Below the pieces are notes generated by a model. The model saw only the letters and a list, made by a program, of their open reading frames with translations. It ran no database searches and was not told the origin of the DNA. DNA of 64,000 nt. Source: Pseudomonadota bacterium. Lineage in GTDB: Bacteria; Pseudomonadota; Alphaproteobacteria; Rhizobiales; Rhizobiaceae. The position numbers were made by a program, and so were the translations under genes. Where the stretch lies: assembly GCA_023435335.1 (NCBI GenBank), contig JAEYRU010000246.1, positions 1,310-65,309 on the forward strand, given 5' to 3'. Shown here one piece after another: positions 41,247-50,217 of this stretch. How positions within the stretch are numbered: the stretch's first letter is position 1; every line of letters begins with the position of its first letter.

Positions 41247-41282
41247 GCAGTCGCACCCGCCTAGGCCGACGGCTTCCTCGCC

Positions 41283-41747
41283 CTATCGGGCGGCTTCCTC
41301 GCCCAGGGGTCGCGCCGGCACCTGGCCCAGCGTCAGCAGAGTCAGGACCGCGTCGCCGTCCTGATTGGTCATCGTGACCCTGGTGCGGATGGTTCCGAAC
41401 TGCGGGCGCGATTTTGATCGCTCGACCCCAACCACCTCGCGCGTGACGGTCAGCACGTCGCCCGGCCGCACAGGCTTTCGCCAGCGCAACTCGTCGATGC
41501 CGAGCCCGACCATCGGGGTGTCGCCATAGCCGCCGCTTTCCACGAACAGCCGCATCGACAGCGCCGCGACCTGCCAGCCGCTGGCGATGACGCTCCCGAA
41601 CCTGCCCTGCGCGGCCTTTTCAGGATCGGTATGGATAGGCTGCGGATCGTACTGCCGGGCGTAGGTGACGATATGATCCTGCGTCATCTCGAAGGGGCGA
41701 CTGGTCCAGGTTTCGCCGATCTCGAAGTCTTCCAGGTATCGGGGCAT
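41283..41747 (-). CDS. MaoC-family dehydratase
   Basis: YLEDF, YDPQPIHTD, IASGWQ and ELRWRKPVRPGD motifs. Confidence 0.9.
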   Translation of the reverse strand: MPRYLEDFEIGETWTSRPFEMTQDHIVTYARQYDPQPIHTDPEKAAQGRFGSVIASGWQVAALSMRLFVESGGYGDTPMVGLGIDELRWRKPVRPGDVLTVTREVVGVERSKSRPQFGTIRTRVTMTNQDGDAVLTLLTLGQVPARPLGEEAAR

Positions 41748-41750
41748 GGC

Positions 41751-42416
41751 TCATTTGCTCTTCATGGTAGGTGCGGTGTTCGGGGAGGGTTTCCGTGCGG
41801 CCTCGAGTTCCTTGAGGATGTCGGGCAACCGGCTTCTCGCCTGGTTCTGCAATGCCTCGTACATCGAATTCCCGTGCGCATCGATGGCGACGGTGACCGG
41901 GCCGAAGCCCTGGAGCCGGAAGCGCGCCAGGCGGAACTGCTCGATCAGATCGTCCCAACCGGTCTCCAGCTGCTCCACGACACCATCGCTCAGCAATGGA
42001 GAGGCGCCGCCGGGCATCGAGAAGTAGACACAGCCGGCCTCCTTCATTGCCTCGACGCAGGCCACGCCCATGCCTCCCTTGCCTCCGGTAGAGGTCAGGC
42101 GAAGCCGGCGGATGATGTCGGGCATGAAGGCGTCGAAGCGGGTCGACGTCGTCGGGTTGACGTAGTTAGGCAGCCAGCGCCCGTTCTCCTCCCGGCACGA
42201 GCTTCCAAGATGGAAGATCGCGCCGCCTTCGAGCGGAAATGGCAGCGGCCGGTGCCCGTCGAGTGCGTCGATGATGCGCTGATGCGTCGGAAAACCGGCG
42301 GTGACGACGACCTCTCCGTCGAGCAGGACGAGTTCGCCGACCGCCAGGCTTCGCGCCTCTTCACGCGTCAACGGCAGTGTGAGCCGCCGCAAGCTACCGT
42401 GCTCCGGCCTATTCAA
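41751..42416 (-). CDS. Fe-S hydro-lyase beta subunit (class I fumarase / L-tartrate dehydratase beta-like)
   Basis: L.VGE.V.L.G, PTTSTRF, GKGGMG and FGPVTVAIDAHGNS motifs. Confidence 0.88.
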   Translation of the reverse strand: MNRPEHGSLRRLTLPLTREEARSLAVGELVLLDGEVVVTAGFPTHQRIIDALDGHRPLPFPLEGGAIFHLGSSCREENGRWLPNYVNPTTSTRFDAFMPDIIRRLRLTSTGGKGGMGVACVEAMKEAGCVYFSMPGGASPLLSDGVVEQLETGWDDLIEQFRLARFRLQGFGPVTVAIDAHGNSMYEALQNQARSRLPDILKELEAARKPSPNTAPTMKSK

Positions 42417-43278
42417 GGCGTGTCACCGTGCCGTCGCCAGCGATGCGAAGGGTTGTTCGCCGGTTGATCCAGCAGTTGAAGCACACCGCGACCGGCACGA
42501 AGCCGTGGCCATGCGCATAGTCGACGTGGACCGCGAGCGCAGTCGTATCGCCGCCGGTTCCCATCGGGCCGAAGCCTGTCCTGTTCACCGCGGCGAGCAG
42601 CCGCGCCTCCATGTCGCGTACCATTGGATCCTCGTGAACGCTGCCAATCGTGCGCAGCGTCGCACGCTTCGCCATCTTGGCGGCGTGGTCGAAGGAGCCG
42701 CCGATGCCCATCCCGATAACCACCGGGGGACAGTGCTGCGAGCCGGCCTCCAGCACGCATTGCATGAAGTATTCCTCGATCTCGCTGATCTTCGGATAGC
42801 TGAAGACCTTCAAGTCGGCCCAGCGGCCCGAACCGAGCGCCTTGGGCGAGCAGGTGATCTCCATGTAGTCGGCGCCGTCGATCACGTCGAACGACAGGAT
42901 CGGCATGTCCCGGCCCTGGTAGCTTCGCTCCAGGGTCAGCGGATGAGTGATGAACTTCAGGATTGGGGGCTGGATGGTATCGACGAGATCGGCGAAACCA
43001 TCGACGAAGGCCCGGCGGATGTCGCCGTCCAGGCTGAGCTTTGTGCCGATCTTGACGAAATAGGTCGGGAAACCTGCGTCCGAGCAGGCATGCCGGTCGT
43101 CGCGCTCGGCGGCCCTCGCCGCCGCCCGCATGAAGTCGAGCGTCTTCTGCGAGGCAGGGCTGGACTCGCGTTCGCGCGCGGCATCAAGGGCCGCCAGCGT
43201 GTCGTCTGGTACCTTCTTCAGTGACCAGCCATAGAGGTCGCGCGCCGCCTGACGGACCACGTCATAGGTGATGGGCAA
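42409..43278 (-). CDS. Fe-S hydro-lyase alpha subunit (class I fumarase / L-tartrate dehydratase alpha-like)
   Basis: Three cluster Cys (CSDAG, HCPP, FNCW), GIGGS and GFGPMGTGG motifs; TTG start at 43278 with GGAG RBS (ORF track starts at 43404). Confidence 0.88.
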   Translation of the reverse strand: MPITYDVVRQAARDLYGWSLKKVPDDTLAALDAARERESSPASQKTLDFMRAAARAAERDDRHACSDAGFPTYFVKIGTKLSLDGDIRRAFVDGFADLVDTIQPPILKFITHPLTLERSYQGRDMPILSFDVIDGADYMEITCSPKALGSGRWADLKVFSYPKISEIEEYFMQCVLEAGSQHCPPVVIGMGIGGSFDHAAKMAKRATLRTIGSVHEDPMVRDMEARLLAAVNRTGFGPMGTGGDTTALAVHVDYAHGHGFVPVAVCFNCWINRRTTLRIAGDGTVTRLE

Positions 43279-43355
43279 GCTCTTCTCCCAAGCCGCGATG
43301 CGCAGCCTCCTCAGTCTGCGCGCCCGGTCCCCCGAGGCAAACCGGCCGACTCCTC

Positions 43356-43372
43356 GTTTCGGTGTGCGGAAT
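43356..43372. promoter_or_regulatory. Candidate IclR-type operator in a divergent promoter
   Basis: GTTTCG-GTGTG-CGGAAT between the hydro-lyase alpha gene and the Ldh_2 gene. Confidence 0.65.
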
Positions 43373-43448
43373 GTCACCGACTGGGATTCCGTCGCCTGCG
43401 CCATGGTCTATAGCGTTGCCAAGGAGATCGTCGCATGGGAGAGATCGA

Positions 43449-44507
43449 TTGGCGCAGCACGGCGAACCGGCTCGGATAAGCAGGCGGCAAGCGGAAAGGT
43501 TCGCAGCACGGCTGTTCGAACTCGCCGGTGTTGAGCCCGAGGTGGCCGCAACGGTCGCAAGGGGGCTGGTCGAGGCGGAACTGGAGGGGAACCCCTCGCA
43601 TGGGCTGCTGCAGCTTCCCGTCTATGTGCGCCGTGTGCTCGCCGGCACAATCTCGAGGACGGCGGAACTCAGGGAAATCCATCGCAGCGGCGCGGTTTCG
43701 GTATTCGATGCCGGGCTTGCGCTCGGCCATGCCGCGGCGGAGCAATTGGCAGGGATCGCGGTCGACCGCGCCCTGGAGCACGGCATCTCGGCGGTGGCGG
43801 TCCGCGGCGCCACGCATTTCGGCGTCGCAGGGCGTTATGCGCATATGATCGCCGAGGCCGGCATGGTGGGTATTGTGATGTGCAACACCCGGCCGATGAT
43901 GCCGGTTCCTGGCGGGCACGTGAGGGCCGTCGGCAACAATCCGCTGGCGATCGCGGTGCCTTGCGCGGGCCAACCGCCCATCGTCTTCGACATGGCGATG
44001 AGTGCGGCGGCGATGGGGCGCATCCGGCAGGCAGCGCAGAAGGGCGAGCCGATCCCCGCCGGCTGGGCGGTCGATGCCGAAGGGCACGACACGACGGACG
44101 CGAATGTGGCGATCGCGGGCATGCTGCTGCCGGCCGGCGGCGCCAAGGGGTTCGGGCTCGCGCTCATGGTCGACCTGCTCTGTGCCATGTCGGGCGGAGC
44201 CGCCGGCTCTGAGATCGGATCCATGTATGACGATCCGCACGCTGGATGGGAGAGTTCCTGGCTGCTCCTGGCGATGGATCCTGAACGGTTCGGGCTTTCG
44301 ACGCCCTACGCCGCGCGCGTCGCTGAATTGGCCGCGAACGTTAGAAAGGCTGCGCCCGATCCTTCGATGGCGCTGCCGGGGGAGCGCAAGCGGTCGGCGC
44401 TCGCTCGCGCCAGCGAATTCATCACTCTCGCGGCGGGTACGGTGGCGAGCCTCAACGCGCTATCCCGCGAACTCGGTGGTGAGCCCTTGCCGCAGGGTGA
44501 TAGTTGA
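43449..44507 (+). CDS. Ldh_2 family NAD(P)-dependent oxidoreductase (ComC/AllD/YiaK-like)
   Basis: G.PSHG, ATHFG, GNNPLA, FDMAMS, GWAVD..G, KGFGLAL and LPGE motifs; TTG start after GGAG. Confidence 0.9.
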   Translation: MAQHGEPARISRRQAERFAARLFELAGVEPEVAATVARGLVEAELEGNPSHGLLQLPVYVRRVLAGTISRTAELREIHRSGAVSVFDAGLALGHAAAEQLAGIAVDRALEHGISAVAVRGATHFGVAGRYAHMIAEAGMVGIVMCNTRPMMPVPGGHVRAVGNNPLAIAVPCAGQPPIVFDMAMSAAAMGRIRQAAQKGEPIPAGWAVDAEGHDTTDANVAIAGMLLPAGGAKGFGLALMVDLLCAMSGGAAGSEIGSMYDDPHAGWESSWLLLAMDPERFGLSTPYAARVAELAANVRKAAPDPSMALPGERKRSALARASEFITLAAGTVASLNALSRELGGEPLPQGDS

Positions 44508-44537
44508 TATCTGTCTGACTGCTGGAGGAACGGGCAC

Positions 44538-45971
44538 ATGCTCGACACGACAAGGTTCTACATCGACGGCCGGTGGGTGACACCGCTGGGGACCGAACAA
44601 CTCGGCGTCTTCAATCCGGCGACGGAAGAGGAGGTCGCGAGGATCGTGCTGGGATCGGCCGGCGATGTGGACCGCGCCGCGCGCGCCGCCCGCAAGGCCT
44701 TTGCCGCATATGCCGAGACAAGCCGGGAGGAGCGTCTCGGCTACCTGCACCGGATTGTCGACGGTTTCCGCCGCAGGCTGCCGGAACTTTCGCACATGAT
44801 GACGCAGGAGATGGGTGCGCCAATCACCTTCTCCACCCAGCGTCAGGCCACCGTTGCCCTGTTCCATTTCGAGGAAGCGATCCGGGTGCTGGAAAAGTTC
44901 GAGTTCGAGTGGGCCGAGGGCGTGGGAAGCATTCGCCGCGAACCGATCGGCGTCTGCGGCATGATCACGCCGTGGAACTGGCCGCTTAACCAGATGGCGT
45001 CCAAGGTCGCGCCGGCGCTGGCCACCGGTTGCACCATCGTCCTGAAACCCAGCGAGGTCGCCCCTCTCAGCGCCATGATGCTGGCGCAGGTCATCGATGA
45101 GGCCGGCGTGCCGCCCGGTGTGTTCAACCTCGTCAACGGCGCGGGCGTCCCGGTGGGCGAGGCCATTGCTTCGCACCCTGAGATCGACATGGTCTCCTTC
45201 ACCGGGTCTACCCATGCCGGCATCCGCGTCGCGCAACTTGCCGCCGAAACCGTCAAACGCGTCGCGCAGGAACTTGGCGGCAAGTCGGCCAACATCATCC
45301 TCGACGATGTCGAAATGTCCAAAGCCGTCGCGGAAGGCCTGCGCGCCTGCTACACCAATGCCGGCCAGAACTGCCAATCGCCGACACGCATGCTGGTGCC
45401 CGCCGCCGCGCGCGAGGCAGTTATCGCCGCCGCGAGGTCGGCTGCCGCGGCGATCAGGGTAGGCGATCCGATGGATCCCGAGACTGAACTCGGGCCGCTG
45501 GTCAGCCGCCAGCAATTCGACAAGGTCCAGAGCCTTATCCAGTCAGGTATCGACGAGGGGGCGACGCTGGTCGCCGGCGGCGTTGGCCGGCCGGCCGAGT
45601 TTAACCGCGGCTTCTTCGTGCGCCCGACGGTCTTCGCAGACGTGGAGCCGGGCATGCGCATCGCGCGGGAGGAGATATTCGGCCCAGTGCTGTCGATCAT
45701 GTCGTACGAGACCGAGGATGAAGCGGTCGAGATTGCCAACAATACGCCCTTTGGGCTGGCGGGCTTCGTCCAGTCGAGCGACCCGGCGCGCGCCCGCCGC
45801 ATCGCCAACCGCCTTCGCGCGGGCCGCGTCTACTACAACGGCGCTCCCTTCGACCGGGCGCTGCCGTTCGGAGGCTACAAGCAATCCGGCAACGGGCGGG
45901 AATTCGGCCGCTTCGGCTTCGAGGACTATCTGGAAGTCAAGGCGTTGCTTGGCTTTCCTGCCGTGCAGTGA
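44538..45971 (+). CDS. Aldehyde dehydrogenase
   Basis: ITPWNWP, LKPSE, SFTGST, ELGGKS, GQNC (catalytic Cys), EEIFGPV and PFGGYKQSG motifs. Confidence 0.95.
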   Translation: MLDTTRFYIDGRWVTPLGTEQLGVFNPATEEEVARIVLGSAGDVDRAARAARKAFAAYAETSREERLGYLHRIVDGFRRRLPELSHMMTQEMGAPITFSTQRQATVALFHFEEAIRVLEKFEFEWAEGVGSIRREPIGVCGMITPWNWPLNQMASKVAPALATGCTIVLKPSEVAPLSAMMLAQVIDEAGVPPGVFNLVNGAGVPVGEAIASHPEIDMVSFTGSTHAGIRVAQLAAETVKRVAQELGGKSANIILDDVEMSKAVAEGLRACYTNAGQNCQSPTRMLVPAAAREAVIAAARSAAAAIRVGDPMDPETELGPLVSRQQFDKVQSLIQSGIDEGATLVAGGVGRPAEFNRGFFVRPTVFADVEPGMRIAREEIFGPVLSIMSYETEDEAVEIANNTPFGLAGFVQSSDPARARRIANRLRAGRVYYNGAPFDRALPFGGYKQSGNGREFGRFGFEDYLEVKALLGFPAVQ

Positions 45972-45991
45972 CCGGTTCGACCTTTCTTGGA

Positions 45992-46008
45992 TTTTCGTCG
46001 GACGAAAT
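45992..46008. promoter_or_regulatory. Candidate IclR-type operator
   Basis: TTTTCG-TCGGA-CGAAAT upstream of the molybdo-enzyme gene. Confidence 0.65.
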
Positions 46009-46080
46009 TAGTCCCAACCGCGAAGGTCGTGGAAATCGGCGGCTGATATTGTAGAAGGCCTCATCACGGAGAGGGAATGT

Positions 46081-48381
46081 ATGCGAGCACAGGTCGGCCA
46101 GGCCGTCCGGCGTGTCGAGGACGCTGCGCTACTCACAGGCAGGGGGCGTTTCGTTGACGATCTGCGCCTGGAGGGCATGCTCGCGGCCTGCGTGGTGCGC
46201 GCCGAGGCTGCGCATGCGCGCTTCGCGATCCGCAATCTCGACGCGGTGCGGGCAGATCCCGCCGCGCGCATCGTGCTGGTTCACGAGGACATCGCCAGGC
46301 TGGGGCCGATGCCGGTGCGCAACATTTCCACACAGCCCGACGGCAGCACCCCGATCACCCCGGAGCGACGGGTTCTGGCCGACGGCACCGTGCGTTTCGT
46401 GGGCGAACCGGTCGCGTTTGTCGTGGCCGACACCCCTCAGGCGGCGCGGGAACTGGCGGAAACGCTGGAGGTCGACTACGAGCCGCTGCCTGTCGTCACC
46501 GGTGGGCGGGCCGCGCTGGAAGCCGGCGCGCCGGTACTGCATCCCGCCTTGGGCGGCAACCAGGCGTTCGAGTATCGCATGGGCGATGCGGCCGCTACGG
46601 AAGAGGCCTTCAGCCGCGCCGCGCATGTCACCCGCGTGCAACTGGACAACAACCGCGTCGCGGCGGCCTATCTGGAGACGCGAGGCGTGCTCGCCGAGCA
46701 CGACGCGGCGAGCGGGCGCTACACGCTTACCCTCGGCTGCCAGGGCGCACATGTCGTGCGTCGCATGCTGGCGCAGATCATGGGTATCGAGGAGCAGCGC
46801 GTGCGCGTCATCGTCCCGGATGTCGGCGGGGCGTTCGGGACCAAGATATTCACCTACCCGGAATACGTGCTGGCGGCGGTGGCCGCGGAACGGTTGCGGC
46901 GGCCGGTCAAGTGGATCGCCGGCCGGCACGAGCATTTCGTCGGCGACACGCAGGGGCGTGACAGCAACGCGATCGCCGAGATGGCGCTCGACGCGGAGGG
47001 CCGGTTCCTGGCAATGCGGGTCGACACGGTGTCCAACCTCGGCGCCTACTGCTCCGAGGTCGCCGGCTTCGTGCCGCTGAACACCGCGCGCATGGCGACC
47101 GGGTCCTACGCGATTCCGACCTTCTCGGCGCGCGTCAGGGGCGCCTACACGAACACGATGCCGGTGGATGCCTATCGCGGAGCGGGCCGGCCGGAAGCCT
47201 CGTACCTGATCGAGCGGCTGGTGGATGCCTGCGCGCGCGACCTCGGCATGGAGCCCGCCGAGATCAGGCGGCGCAACTTTATCCGTTCCGACCAGATGCC
47301 GTACCGGACGCCCTCGGGCTGGCTCTACGACACCGGCGACTTCGAGGGACACCTCGACCGCGCGCTCGCCTCCGCCGACCATGCCGGCTTCGGGCAACGC
47401 GCGGCGGAGAGCGCGAGCCGTGGAATGCTGCGGGGTTTCGGGATCGCGGCGCATATCGACGCCTGCGTTCCCGTGGGCAAGGAAGAAGCGCGGCTAACGC
47501 TCGAAGCGGACGGGACGGTGACGCTGCTCATCGGCACGCAGACCGGCGGGCAGGGCCACGCCACCGCCTATTCGCAATTCGTGGCCGAGGCGCTCGACAT
47601 CCCCTATGAGACGATCCGCGTGAAGCAGGGGGACACGGACCTGATCGCCACCGGCGGCGGTACCGGCGGTTCCCGCTCAATACCGCTGGGGGCGCCCTCC
47701 GTGCATGCGGCCGCCCGCCTGCTGGCGGAGAAGATCAAGTCAGTGGCGTCCGACATACTGGAGGCGGCGGCGCCGGACCTCGAGTTGCGGGAGGGCCGGG
47801 TCCTGATCGCCGGCACCGACCATTCGGTCGAACTCGCCGCGGTGGCCAAGGCCGCCGGCCCGGAGATGCTGACCGCGGCCGACGCGATCGAGACCACGGA
47901 TCGTACCTTTCCCAACGGGACGCACATAGCCGAAGTCGAGATCGACCCGGAGACCGGACACATCGAGATCGCCAGCTACAGCGTGGTCGACGATTTCGGC
48001 TTCGTGGTGAACCCGATGCTGCTCGAGGGGCAGATCCATGGCGGCGTGGCGCAAGGCGTCGGCCAGGCGCTGCACGAACGCATCTTCTTCGACGAGGCTG
48101 GACAGCTACTCACAGCCTCGTTCCTCGATTACGGGGTTCCGCGCGCCGACGACCTGCCCAGCTTCCGCTTCGAGACGCGCAACATACCGGCGCGGACCAA
48201 TCCGCTCGGCATCAAGGGCGCGGGCGAAGCCGGCACGGTCGGCTCCGCCCCGGCGGTCATGAATGCAGTCGCCGATGCCTTGCACAGGGCGGGAGTCACC
48301 GACTGGATCGACATGCCGGCCACGCCCGAGCGCGTCTGGCGGGCGCTGTCGGGGTTGCGCGAGGGCGCAGGCGCGACATGA
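46081..48381 (+). CDS. Xanthine-dehydrogenase-family molybdopterin-binding large subunit (CoxL form II-like)
   Basis: RVEDAALLTGRG, DVGGAFG.K, AYRGAGRPE, GQGH.T, GQIHGG, KGAGEAG and MPATPERV motifs. Confidence 0.93.
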   Translation: MRAQVGQAVRRVEDAALLTGRGRFVDDLRLEGMLAACVVRAEAAHARFAIRNLDAVRADPAARIVLVHEDIARLGPMPVRNISTQPDGSTPITPERRVLADGTVRFVGEPVAFVVADTPQAARELAETLEVDYEPLPVVTGGRAALEAGAPVLHPALGGNQAFEYRMGDAAATEEAFSRAAHVTRVQLDNNRVAAAYLETRGVLAEHDAASGRYTLTLGCQGAHVVRRMLAQIMGIEEQRVRVIVPDVGGAFGTKIFTYPEYVLAAVAAERLRRPVKWIAGRHEHFVGDTQGRDSNAIAEMALDAEGRFLAMRVDTVSNLGAYCSEVAGFVPLNTARMATGSYAIPTFSARVRGAYTNTMPVDAYRGAGRPEASYLIERLVDACARDLGMEPAEIRRRNFIRSDQMPYRTPSGWLYDTGDFEGHLDRALASADHAGFGQRAAESASRGMLRGFGIAAHIDACVPVGKEEARLTLEADGTVTLLIGTQTGGQGHATAYSQFVAEALDIPYETIRVKQGDTDLIATGGGTGGSRSIPLGAPSVHAAARLLAEKIKSVASDILEAAAPDLELREGRVLIAGTDHSVELAAVAKAAGPEMLTAADAIETTDRTFPNGTHIAEVEIDPETGHIEIASYSVVDDFGFVVNPMLLEGQIHGGVAQGVGQALHERIFFDEAGQLLTASFLDYGVPRADDLPSFRFETRNIPARTNPLGIKGAGEAGTVGSAPAVMNAVADALHRAGVTDWIDMPATPERVWRALSGLREGAGAT

Positions 48382-48433
48382 TGGGGGCGGAGGAAATGGC
48401 GCCGCGCGTCGTCGAGCATGTGGGAGAAGGCCC

Positions 48434-49423
48434 GTGAAGGTTCTGATAATCGGAGGCGGCGGGATGGTCGGCCGCAAGCTGGCACAGGCGCTGGCCGCGG
48501 CCGGGCAACTCGGCGGCAGGGATATCGGCAAGCTGACGCTTGCCGATATGGTGGAGCCGATGCTCCCGGAAAGCCCCGCCGTCGATGTGAGAGGCGTGGC
48601 CATCGACATCTCCGAGCCGGCGCAGGTAGCGGCGCTAGTGGCGGAGCGCCCGGACACCATCTTCCATCTCGCGGCCATCGTCTCCGGGGAGGCGGAACTC
48701 GACTTCGACAAGGGCTACCGCATCAATCTCGACGGTACGCGGTACCTGTTCGAGGCGATCCGCGCCGAAGCTGCGAAATCCCCTTACCGGCCGCGCCTCG
48801 TGTTCACGTCCTCGATTGCCGTATTCGGCGCGCCGTTCCCCGAGCGGATAGGAGACTCGTTCTTCCGCACGCCGCAGACGAGCTACGGGACGCAGAAGGC
48901 GATGGCAGAACTGCTGCTCGACGATTACTCGCGGCGCGGAATATTCGAGGGCGTCGGCATTCGCCTGCCGACCATCTGCATACGGCCCGGCGCGCCCAAC
49001 AAGGCGGCCTCCGGCTTCTTCTCCAACATATTGCGCGAGCCGCTTGTCGGACAGGAGGCGGTGCTACCGGTGAGCGAGACGGTGCGCCACTGGCATGCGA
49101 GCCCGCGCTCGGCGGTCGGTTTCCTGCTGCATGCCGCCGGTATCGATCCGAATCGGCTCGGCACCCGGCGCGTCCTGACTATGCCGGGGCTTTCGGCGAC
49201 GGTCGGCGAGCAGATCGAAGCGCTGCGGCGCATGGCCGGCGAGAAGGCGGTGCGGCTGATCCGCCGCGAACCCGACCCGCTGATCGAGCGGATCGTCGCT
49301 GGCTGGCCCGGCAATTTCGAGCCGACGCGTGCTCTGGACCTGGGCTTCCGCGCTGAAAGCAGTTTCGACGAGATCATCCGCGTACACATCGAGGATGAAC
49401 TCGGCGGCCGCCTGCCGGACTGA
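48434..49423 (+). CDS. denD: D-erythronate dehydrogenase (extended SDR)
   Basis: GGGGMVG, HLAAIVSGEAE.DF, SSIAVFG, SYGTQK, RPGAPNKAASGFFS and WHASP motifs; otnI, otnK and otnC nearby. Confidence 0.85.
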   Translation: MKVLIIGGGGMVGRKLAQALAAAGQLGGRDIGKLTLADMVEPMLPESPAVDVRGVAIDISEPAQVAALVAERPDTIFHLAAIVSGEAELDFDKGYRINLDGTRYLFEAIRAEAAKSPYRPRLVFTSSIAVFGAPFPERIGDSFFRTPQTSYGTQKAMAELLLDDYSRRGIFEGVGIRLPTICIRPGAPNKAASGFFSNILREPLVGQEAVLPVSETVRHWHASPRSAVGFLLHAAGIDPNRLGTRRVLTMPGLSATVGEQIEALRRMAGEKAVRLIRREPDPLIERIVAGWPGNFEPTRALDLGFRAESSFDEIIRVHIEDELGGRLPD

Positions 49424-49431
49424 GGCCCTGA

Positions 49432-50217
49432 ATGCCGCGGGGATACCGCTTTTCGGCGAATACCGGATTCCTGTGGAAGGACCGGCCCTTCCTCCAGCGC
49501 ATCGCGGCCGCCGCCGGCGCCGGCTTCGACGCGGTCGAGTTCCACGACGAGGCGCAGAACGAGGATCCGGCGGCCCTGCGCGACGCGATCGCGGCGGCCG
49601 GGCTGCCAGTGCTGGGGCTGAACGCGCGGATGGGGGACACCGCAGGCTGCGCGGCCATGCCCGCGATGGCCGACCAGGCCAGGCGGGACATCGACGCAGC
49701 GATCGAGACGGCTGCGCGGGTTGGAGCCGGCGCGATCCACGTCCTGTCGGGCAGAACGAATGAAGCGGCGGCGCACGCCTGCTATGTCGCGGCGCTTCGA
49801 CACGCGCTGGCGGCCAGCGACCTGACAATCCTGATCGAACCGATCTCGTCGGCGGCGATGCCGGGCTATTTCCTTCACAGCCTCGACCAGGCCCGGGCGG
49901 TGATCGCGGAAATCGGCCATCCGCGGCTTAAGATTCTCTTCGACTGCTTCCACATCGAGCGGGAGCACGGCGACCTCGTCCCCCGGTTCGGGACGGTCGC
50001 CGGCAATGTGGGTCACGTACAGATCGCATCGTTTCCGGACCGGGCGGAGCCGTGGCCTTCGGACATAGACTATGCGGCCGTGCTGCCGGCGCTGCGCGCG
50101 ATGGGATACACCGGCGCCTTCGGGTGCGAGTACCTGCCGGCCTCCAAGGTGGAGGATGGACTCGGCTGGCGTGATGCGCTGCGGACGCGCCTCGGGGCCG
50201 TTACGCCGGCGGCTTGA
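49432..50217 (+). CDS. otnI: Hydroxypyruvate isomerase family, probable 2-oxo-tetronate isomerase
   Basis: RFSAN, GFDAVE, ILIEPI, MPGYFL, FDCFH, HVQIA..PDR.EP and GCEY.P motifs; directly after denD. Confidence 0.7.
   Translation: MPRGYRFSANTGFLWKDRPFLQRIAAAAGAGFDAVEFHDEAQNEDPAALRDAIAAAGLPVLGLNARMGDTAGCAAMPAMADQARRDIDAAIETAARVGAGAIHVLSGRTNEAAAHACYVAALRHALAASDLTILIEPISSAAMPGYFLHSLDQARAVIAEIGHPRLKILFDCFHIEREHGDLVPRFGTVAGNVGHVQIASFPDRAEPWPSDIDYAAVLPALRAMGYTGAFGCEYLPASKVEDGLGWRDALRTRLGAVTPAA

Noticed and set aside
46081..48381. Aerobic CO dehydrogenase
   Set aside because: The active-site loop is AYRGAGR rather than the form I AYxCSFR, and no coxMS or accessory genes are present
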